Of a stretch of 64,000 bases of DNA, positions 57,472 through 64,000 are shown in pieces (the first letter of the stretch is position 1; each line of letters begins with the position of its first letter). The translations under genes were made by a program, and so were the position numbers. The notes beneath the pieces are model-generated. The model worked only from the letters and a program-made list of their open reading frames with translations. It made no database searches and had not been told where the DNA came from. This stretch comes from Candidatus Cloacimonadales bacterium (GTDB lineage: Bacteria > Cloacimonadota > Cloacimonadia > Cloacimonadales > JAFGVF01). The stretch spans positions 800,001 to 864,000 of the forward strand of contig CAXXOU010000001.1 in assembly GCA_963677495.2 (NCBI GenBank), written 5' to 3'.

Positions 57472-60400
57472 ATAATATTGTTCAATTCTGTTATGACTTA
57501 AGACAAAGAGAAACTTTTTCTGACGGTGATTTGTATAAGTTTGAGTATATCGCAACGCCTGTAGTTGTGAATGACATTTTGTATGTACTTGGTATTAAAG
57601 GTATGTTCAGATTCTCATTATCCCCTACAATGTCATTCATTGATTACGCTCCATTCAATCTAAACGCAACTGATTTTCTCATGAATAGTCCGACTCTTAA
57701 TGAGAATGACACTAAGATGTACATTGTTTCTAAAGAGGGTAAGGCCATCGAATACAGCTTAACCGGATCTTTTACCGGGATAGGACATATAACCGGAGGG
57801 TGTTCAGCATCAGCAGTTTGTGATAATGATGGTTTAGTTTATTTTGCAGGAGAAACAGGTTCTATTCATTATTATGACCCTTATAATCAATCTGAATTTA
57901 TTGAAATATTTGACTCAGTTGATGATGCTTCATTTACTTCAAGTCTGCTCAATGATTTGAGTCATAACATATATGCATTTGCTGATAATGGTAAAGTATT
58001 CTGTGTAAATGACTGGTACAGTCCTGATAGTTTAAATGCTGAGATAGAGATTAATCATTCACTGTATAGATCATTAGATTCCGAGGATGACATATACAAA
58101 TCATTTAATAATAATGGTAACGTTTATAATGCACAAGATGATACAACAAGTGTATGTGTATTAGCCGGTGATAATGACAATGTATTGGATATTTCAGATG
58201 CTTACCAACAGTTTACAGGTCTATCATCAAGTGGTCTTAAAATGTTTTTCCTATATTATAACACTGAATCGAATAGATTATCAAGTGTACAAGAGGTAGT
58301 AAACTATGATGGGATAAGCACATATACTTGGGGTGGTTTAAACTCCTATCTTGAAGATATTGCAAATGGTGCGTCTAAAGATCCTCAGAATATCTTACGT
58401 GATAATGTATTTGGTTGTGAAAAAGGGTATGTGTGGACTAGTGCAACAGGAATTGATAGTTATGTAGAAGGTATAAACGTACCTAACCCTGATGAAGAGA
58501 ACGATGCCTTATCTCCTGAATGTTTAGCGAAGATGCATGAAAGTACGTGTCATGAATATGATTATGAGATTGCTGATGTTAGCATAAACGTAACCTCACA
58601 AGACTGGAATGTTAGCCAAATATTCCTTAACTATTATCCTGCATCTACAACTGGATATCTGTCTGATGTATTCTCGAATCCGCATAATTATATAAGTATT
58701 GAGTTTACGGATAGAAGTCCAATAACTCTTGGAGGTTATGAGATTGAAGAAGGATTACTAAATCAAATTAATATTGATTTGAGTGGAAGTTTACTTGTAG
58801 ATAGTGATGTAACAATTTCAGCTGATGCGTTCTATTCTGATATCATAATTACTGATACCGGTTCTTTAACCATTCTTCCCAGAGTCTCACTATATTGTGA
58901 TGATGCAGTTTTATATAATGGAGGAGAATTGATTTCATTAGGAAGATTTGACTGTATCAATCTTGATTGTGAATATGGTTCCTGTAGTTCGTCTTCGGAG
59001 ACTAGGAACTATGACAATGCGTACGTAAATGCTTTTGGATCATTCAATATTCAAAACTACTCAATTAATGTAGATGCACAACTTAGAGATGCTGATAACA
59101 TCATTTCCTATGAACGTAACTCTGATTTGAATGGGAACCTCAATTATTATGGTGATAGTATAACTATCGGACAATTCACCAACAATGCTATAAGCATGAT
59201 TGAAGGTATGGGAAACATAGATATTGCAAACATTGATAATCTTAGTGATATGTCATTCGCTGTTTATGGTAGGATTCTTGGAAGCTCCTTCGAATCTAAT
59301 GGAGCGACTACTAGTATTACAAGTGTTTTTCGGCATACAACAAACACTAACTTTACTTTTGGCACTATGGATTTCATAGATTCTTCTATTTTGGAGATTG
59401 ATAGGAGCTTAGCCTCTTGTGAAGCTTTATTTAATGGAGGAGTATTAAGCCTTGATTCTAGTGATTTTATTATCGAAGAACCGGAAAAAGTTTCCTTTGT
59501 TAATGGCTGTCAGGTGATTTGTAATAACACTTCAGAACTTAAAGTACTGGGTCATGAAAATGTTGAAGATTATAGTGATTTGGAAAATGAAGATATTGGT
59601 TATACTCATCTGTCATTAACAAACAGTAGTATTACATTAAGTGGTGCTACTTGCAGATTTGAACTTAGATCAGCTACACTTTCTCTTAACAGTTCATCAA
59701 TAAACGTTTATTACAGTGCACAATTAGAAACTGATAATCCGGACCTGGATGATAATAATATGTTTCCTGAAATTGTGTTAGATAATGGTTCCGAAATATT
59801 TGTTAAAGGAGGAGTGCAATTAGCCAGTGAGTTCTATATTGACTGGGGAACTAAAATATATGGTAACTGTTTAACTGATGCAACAACAACCGGAGATATC
59901 ATTAAGAGTGCAAGCGGAGGGATTATTACTACTGGAGATTATGATGATTATCAGTTTGATACAGGAAACTTACAGATTTTGCCAGAACTTCCTAAAGTAG
60001 TTATTTCAGTGCAAGATACACTTAAAACATGGGATGGAATATCAGTATCTAAACTCAATGATTCGATTGATGCTTATAACCTTCTTCATTGCGATATTGG
60101 ATATATAAAAGGTCTAATATATGATGGCTCTACTTTTGATGAAAGCAAGGTAGAATTATGGCAGACTGATTTTCATCATGGTGGATATGCAATATTCAAT
60201 GGTACCGAAATATCCATAGATGATTGCAAGTTCAATCATAATAACTCTACCCCAATCCAAGCATATGAGTCTATTGTCTATATTAAGGATAGTGAAGTTA
60301 ATAATAATCAGGGTTCTGGTTTACAGTTAAGCTTATGCTCAAATGTTGCTAGTGGCTCGACACTTGATAATGTAGAAGTTAAATCCAATAAAGCTGACGG

Positions 60401-61586
60401 TATCGTTTTTAAAAAGCACTTACTATCATTCAATGGATGTGATATCAAGTATAATGGAGCTAATGGTATATCATCATTCAGAGCTGAAACAGATAGTCCC
60501 ATCGAAGATTGCTATTTGGATGAAAATGATTTAGCTGAGATGTATGGCTCAAGGCATACTTACAGGATTGAAACAGGTGGAAACAATTTTGATGATTTAT
60601 TGCCAGAGGGTGGAAATGATGCTTATTTCCTAATGTTAACAGACTGGGAGCAAGGCAGAGATCCTGTTCCAATTTATGGAAATGACTTTAACAATGTTGC
60701 AACTAGTTCTTGGGTTGATACTTTGTTAATAGCAAAGCTATCTCCTTCAAATGCTAGTGCTTGGGAGCTAGATCCACCTGTTAAGTCTAGTAGTCCTTTC
60801 AATACAGCACTTAACTACTTTAATCAAGGTGATTACAGTACAGCAGGACTACTCTTTAAACAGATAATCCAAAACTCAATAGAGTCTGATGATGCAATTA
60901 AAGCTTTGCAGTATCTTTTGCCTGTAGAAGTTGTAACAAATCAAAACTACAGTGGATTATATAGCTTCTTAGATGGACTTATTGCTCCGCAAAACACAGA
61001 TATTGAGCAATCGATAGTTGACAGTAAAATCAGTGTACTAATCAGGGATGAACAGTATGTAAACGCTATAAGTCAGCTTCAAGATATCATTGATAATACT
61101 ACATCTGTTATAGATAGCATTAATGCATCTATTGAACAAGCTTATTGCTACATGAAACTCGTTGAAGACGAGTCTAAAGAGTTACCAAAGGATTGCTCTA
61201 TGCAACCTCAATCAATCAATGAGTTTGTACAGATGACTGATGATTTATACTGGAGTCTTCCATATTTAGCAAAACAAGATTCTTATGATGAGGATAATCC
61301 GGATATTCCACAAATCACAGATGTAAGAAACTATCCTAACCCATTCAATCCAACTACTAACATTTGCTTTAGCTTAAAGAAACCGGGAAAGGTTAAAGTG
61401 AAAATCTACGATGTTAGAGGAAGACTAATCAAGACCCTTTGCAATGAGATTCTTTTAGCCGGATTAAATACCATTGTATGGGATGGTAAGGATAAAAATG
61501 AGCGTAATGCATCAACAGGTATATATTTCTATCGTATTTCATCAAAATCAGATGAAGTAGCCGGAAAGATGCTGTTGCTTAAATAA
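57468..61586 (+). CDS. Large secreted-type protein: PQQ-like propeller, beta-helix, TPR-like helices, FlgD/T9SS-type C-terminal domain
   Basis: Blades IATPVVV, MNSPTL, SASAVCD, TSSLLND; tail NYPNPFNP...WDGKD...STGIYFY...KMLLLK; no signal peptide of its own. Confidence 0.8.
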   Translation: MNNIVQFCYDLRQRETFSDGDLYKFEYIATPVVVNDILYVLGIKGMFRFSLSPTMSFIDYAPFNLNATDFLMNSPTLNENDTKMYIVSKEGKAIEYSLTGSFTGIGHITGGCSASAVCDNDGLVYFAGETGSIHYYDPYNQSEFIEIFDSVDDASFTSSLLNDLSHNIYAFADNGKVFCVNDWYSPDSLNAEIEINHSLYRSLDSEDDIYKSFNNNGNVYNAQDDTTSVCVLAGDNDNVLDISDAYQQFTGLSSSGLKMFFLYYNTESNRLSSVQEVVNYDGISTYTWGGLNSYLEDIANGASKDPQNILRDNVFGCEKGYVWTSATGIDSYVEGINVPNPDEENDALSPECLAKMHESTCHEYDYEIADVSINVTSQDWNVSQIFLNYYPASTTGYLSDVFSNPHNYISIEFTDRSPITLGGYEIEEGLLNQINIDLSGSLLVDSDVTISADAFYSDIIITDTGSLTILPRVSLYCDDAVLYNGGELISLGRFDCINLDCEYGSCSSSSETRNYDNAYVNAFGSFNIQNYSINVDAQLRDADNIISYERNSDLNGNLNYYGDSITIGQFTNNAISMIEGMGNIDIANIDNLSDMSFAVYGRILGSSFESNGATTSITSVFRHTTNTNFTFGTMDFIDSSILEIDRSLASCEALFNGGVLSLDSSDFIIEEPEKVSFVNGCQVICNNTSELKVLGHENVEDYSDLENEDIGYTHLSLTNSSITLSGATCRFELRSATLSLNSSSINVYYSAQLETDNPDLDDNNMFPEIVLDNGSEIFVKGGVQLASEFYIDWGTKIYGNCLTDATTTGDIIKSASGGIITTGDYDDYQFDTGNLQILPELPKVVISVQDTLKTWDGISVSKLNDSIDAYNLLHCDIGYIKGLIYDGSTFDESKVELWQTDFHHGGYAIFNGTEISIDDCKFNHNNSTPIQAYESIVYIKDSEVNNNQGSGLQLSLCSNVASGSTLDNVEVKSNKADGIVFKKHLLSFNGCDIKYNGANGISSFRAETDSPIEDCYLDENDLAEMYGSRHTYRIETGGNNFDDLLPEGGNDAYFLMLTDWEQGRDPVPIYGNDFNNVATSSWVDTLLIAKLSPSNASAWELDPPVKSSSPFNTALNYFNQGDYSTAGLLFKQIIQNSIESDDAIKALQYLLPVEVVTNQNYSGLYSFLDGLIAPQNTDIEQSIVDSKISVLIRDEQYVNAISQLQDIIDNTTSVIDSINASIEQAYCYMKLVEDESKELPKDCSMQPQSINEFVQMTDDLYWSLPYLAKQDSYDEDNPDIPQITDVRNYPNPFNPTTNICFSLKKPGKVKVKIYDVRGRLIKTLCNEILLAGLNTIVWDGKDKNERNASTGIYFYRISSKSDEVAGKMLLLK

Positions 61587-61593
61587 ACTAATT

Positions 61594-61630
61594 GCAAGAG
61601 TCAGGATAATACTGGCTCTTGCTTCTTTTC
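61594..61630 (+). terminator. Intrinsic terminator
   Basis: gcaagagtcag/ctggctcttgc stem followed by ttcttttc. Confidence 0.7.
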
Positions 61631-61633
61631 TTA

Positions 61634-61662
61634 TTGACCTTAATTTCGATATATTTTAGATT
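61634..61662 (+). promoter_or_regulatory. Sigma-70-type promoter
   Basis: TTGACC-N17-TAGATT just upstream of the AGGAG RBS and ATG 61678. Confidence 0.5.
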
Positions 61663-61677
61663 TGATTAGGAGTTATC

Positions 61678-63723
61678 ATGAAGTTCATAATAAGCTTAGT
61701 TCTCTTTTTAGCGATTGGATCAATGCTATGTATTCAAGTAGGTGGAACAATGACTCAAGACACTGTCTGGGGACCTAATGATAATCCAATTCAAGTGCTA
61801 GACCACGTGATAATCAATGAAGGAGTAACACTTACTATACTTCCCGGTACCGAGATATATTTCCGACCACGTCAGATACTTACTTTCGAGCAATACATGG
61901 CTGGAGTTGAATATGACGGAGGTACAAGCGAACACAAGATTATCTGGTGTAATGGAAATATTATAGCCGAGGGTACCGAAAATAATCCAATTCTATTTAC
62001 AAGAATGAATGATGAAGAAAAGACTTTTTGGGGAGGGATACTATTATTTTTTGGCAGTCAGTGGGGAGTTTTTAAGCATTGTATTTTTGAATATACTACT
62101 GATGTAATGCTTTATCCGGGTTCTTGGATGGATGCAGCTATTTCGATAAGAAGTGGCAATGTAATAGTAAATAACTGTCGGTTTTATAATTGTTGGGGTA
62201 GCATATTGAAGAATACTCGAGAAGAAGAAATAGAAGTAGTCTCATGTGACTTTTATAGAGATGATGACTTATTCTATACTGATACAAGTATTCCGGTTGA
62301 TTGGAATATGATGTATTTTTCTAGAAATAATAATACGGAGAATGCTGGGTTGATTGCGAATTGCAGTTTCTACAATTTTGGTGGTTCAAATACACCTAAT
62401 ATCCAATGGTCTTTTAACAGTTTTGATTCATTAGATTCTCATAGTGCGGTATATAACAATTACAATTATAATTTTTTCTATAAAAACACTTTTACAAATC
62501 AAGATCGAGCCATTAGTGTACCTGATAATGGTTATATCCGATCAAATAGATTCATTGGAGGTGATGAAAGTATTCGTGGAGGTATAATTCATGTCGTTGA
62601 TAACTATTTTGAGAATAATAGATTTCAAGGGGACTTTGGAAGTAGATATATAAGTAATGTTTATAACAATGCTGAAGGAGCACCTAGTATTACATGCTTA
62701 GCTAATGAGATTACTTATGAGTTATATGAAGATTATGCTGTTGGAGGACTAGATAACAACCATAACAACCTTGGTGTTGATTGTGAATTTGGTGTCCGTG
62801 GAGGAACGTTTTATAACTCGATAGTTGTTGGAAATGATAACATATGTGAAGATATGAGTGAAGCAACAAAAAGTTTTAAGAATTGTATTATAGACTTCCC
62901 CCTTGGATCTTCTTCTCTAGTAGATTTAGGTGGAAACATATATGTAGATCCTGACAGTATAGCAAATCTATTTGTTGATTATGAAGGTCGAGACTTTCGA
63001 CCTGCCCCCGGTTCTCCTGCTATTGATGCCGGTTGTTGGGTTGACACATTAAACTGGTGCGAATATGCAGGTGGTTTTACCGAACGCTTTTGGGATGGAG
63101 ATGGAGACGGTATAGCTCAACCTGATATTGGACCTTATGAATATGGAGCTCCTGCTCTTGGAGGAATAAAAGGTTATACTCGTAAGAGTACAGGTAATAA
63201 TGAGATAGTTCCTTATGTCCTGATACATAATGCTTATGACTATAGTGAGTTTGTTATTAGCGATAGTCTGGGATATTATGAATTACCTCTTACAGCAGGC
63301 AGATATGAGTTTGTGGTTCAAAGAGTATTCTATGATTCTTTGTATGTTCACAAACAGGTAAATGCAGACTATAGCTGGAATGAATCCGATATATACTTAG
63401 TTCAGAACACGACATACAATGATGAGTATGAAATCTCACCACAACTATCAAGCATAGAAGTTACGAATTTCCCTAATCCTTTCAATCCATCAACCACAAT
63501 CAGTTATTCAATCCCTGAAAGTGGAGATGTGGAGGTTACTGTCTTCAATGTCAGAGGACAATTAGTCAAACAACTATACAAAGGTTTCAAACCAAAAGGT
63601 GGATATAACATCAAATGGGATGGGACTGATGAACATAATAACACAGTTGCAACCGGTGTGTATTTCTCAGTTGTGAAAACTAACAAGGAGCAGAAAAGCA
63701 ATAAAATGCTCTTGATGAAGTAG
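61678..63723 (+). CDS. Secreted beta-helix protein with FlgD/T9SS-type C-terminal domain
   Basis: Signal peptide; GVTLTILPGT, AEGTENNPILFT, GSPAIDAG, DIGPYE; tail NFPNPFNP...WDGTD...KMLLMK. Confidence 0.85.
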   Translation: MKFIISLVLFLAIGSMLCIQVGGTMTQDTVWGPNDNPIQVLDHVIINEGVTLTILPGTEIYFRPRQILTFEQYMAGVEYDGGTSEHKIIWCNGNIIAEGTENNPILFTRMNDEEKTFWGGILLFFGSQWGVFKHCIFEYTTDVMLYPGSWMDAAISIRSGNVIVNNCRFYNCWGSILKNTREEEIEVVSCDFYRDDDLFYTDTSIPVDWNMMYFSRNNNTENAGLIANCSFYNFGGSNTPNIQWSFNSFDSLDSHSAVYNNYNYNFFYKNTFTNQDRAISVPDNGYIRSNRFIGGDESIRGGIIHVVDNYFENNRFQGDFGSRYISNVYNNAEGAPSITCLANEITYELYEDYAVGGLDNNHNNLGVDCEFGVRGGTFYNSIVVGNDNICEDMSEATKSFKNCIIDFPLGSSSLVDLGGNIYVDPDSIANLFVDYEGRDFRPAPGSPAIDAGCWVDTLNWCEYAGGFTERFWDGDGDGIAQPDIGPYEYGAPALGGIKGYTRKSTGNNEIVPYVLIHNAYDYSEFVISDSLGYYELPLTAGRYEFVVQRVFYDSLYVHKQVNADYSWNESDIYLVQNTTYNDEYEISPQLSSIEVTNFPNPFNPSTTISYSIPESGDVEVTVFNVRGQLVKQLYKGFKPKGGYNIKWDGTDEHNNTVATGVYFSVVKTNKEQKSNKMLLMK

Positions 63724-63856
63724 GAAGAAGTGAATCGCAATGATAGTGTGATTCGCTAATTCCGTCATTCGAAGCGGGTTTCGTTACAATTGCGAGGTGC
63801 TTTCCCTTCGAAGTGCACCATTTGCAAGGTTTACAACCATTCCAAAGGTACAGGTG
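63724..63856 (+). repeat. Downstream flank repeated inverted at 47121-47253; includes the 45-bp hairpin repeat
   Basis: 4 mismatches in 133 bp against the reverse complement of 47121-47253 (hand count). Confidence 0.9.
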
Positions 63857-64000
63857 ACTGCTTCAGATTAATGAAAGAATTATCTCCTTAGAGAGTATCA
63901 TTCAACTTAAGAATTCAGGAAGTCCGCTATCACTTCACTGCGTTCAACTCCTGCAAACTCCCTGAATTGCGATTAGTTCCTTCGAAGTGTACCATTTGCA

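Noticed and set aside
131..63740. Numerous 60-175-aa antisense or overlapping ORFs in the track
   Set aside because: Shadow frames of well-supported genes, with no motifs or RBS

Overview
AT-rich bacterial chromosomal window, most likely from an anaerobic diderm of the FCB group such as Ca. Cloacimonadota. This is inferred from the C25 gingipain-like proteases, FlgD/T9SS-type C-terminal tails and [FeFe]-hydrogenase maturation genes. Housekeeping and metabolic genes: obgE, dprA, xseA, CCA-adding enzyme, rsmC-like, serA, aspA-hydF, M42 peptidase and glycosyltransferases. Transport: ZnuABC-like, an AEC carrier, a TetR-controlled Lol/FtsX-like ABC system and an ABC permease fused to an M1 aminopeptidase. 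There are several signalling proteins and four large secreted-protein loci. No rRNA, tRNA, CRISPR array, transposase or integrase is visible. The most unusual content is intergenic: (1) a three-copy element with an inverted DnaA-box pair at a fixed 19.5-bp offset from flanking inverted arms whose sequence changes but stays complementary; (2) a three-copy element of exactly 142 bp that aligns without gaps despite strong divergence; (3) arrays phased at exactly 11 bp in most long spacers; (4) a secreted-protein cassette bounded by identical 45-bp hairpin repeats, with an inverted 'emptied' twin of the same locus 9-16 kb away. All alignments and counts were done by eye.
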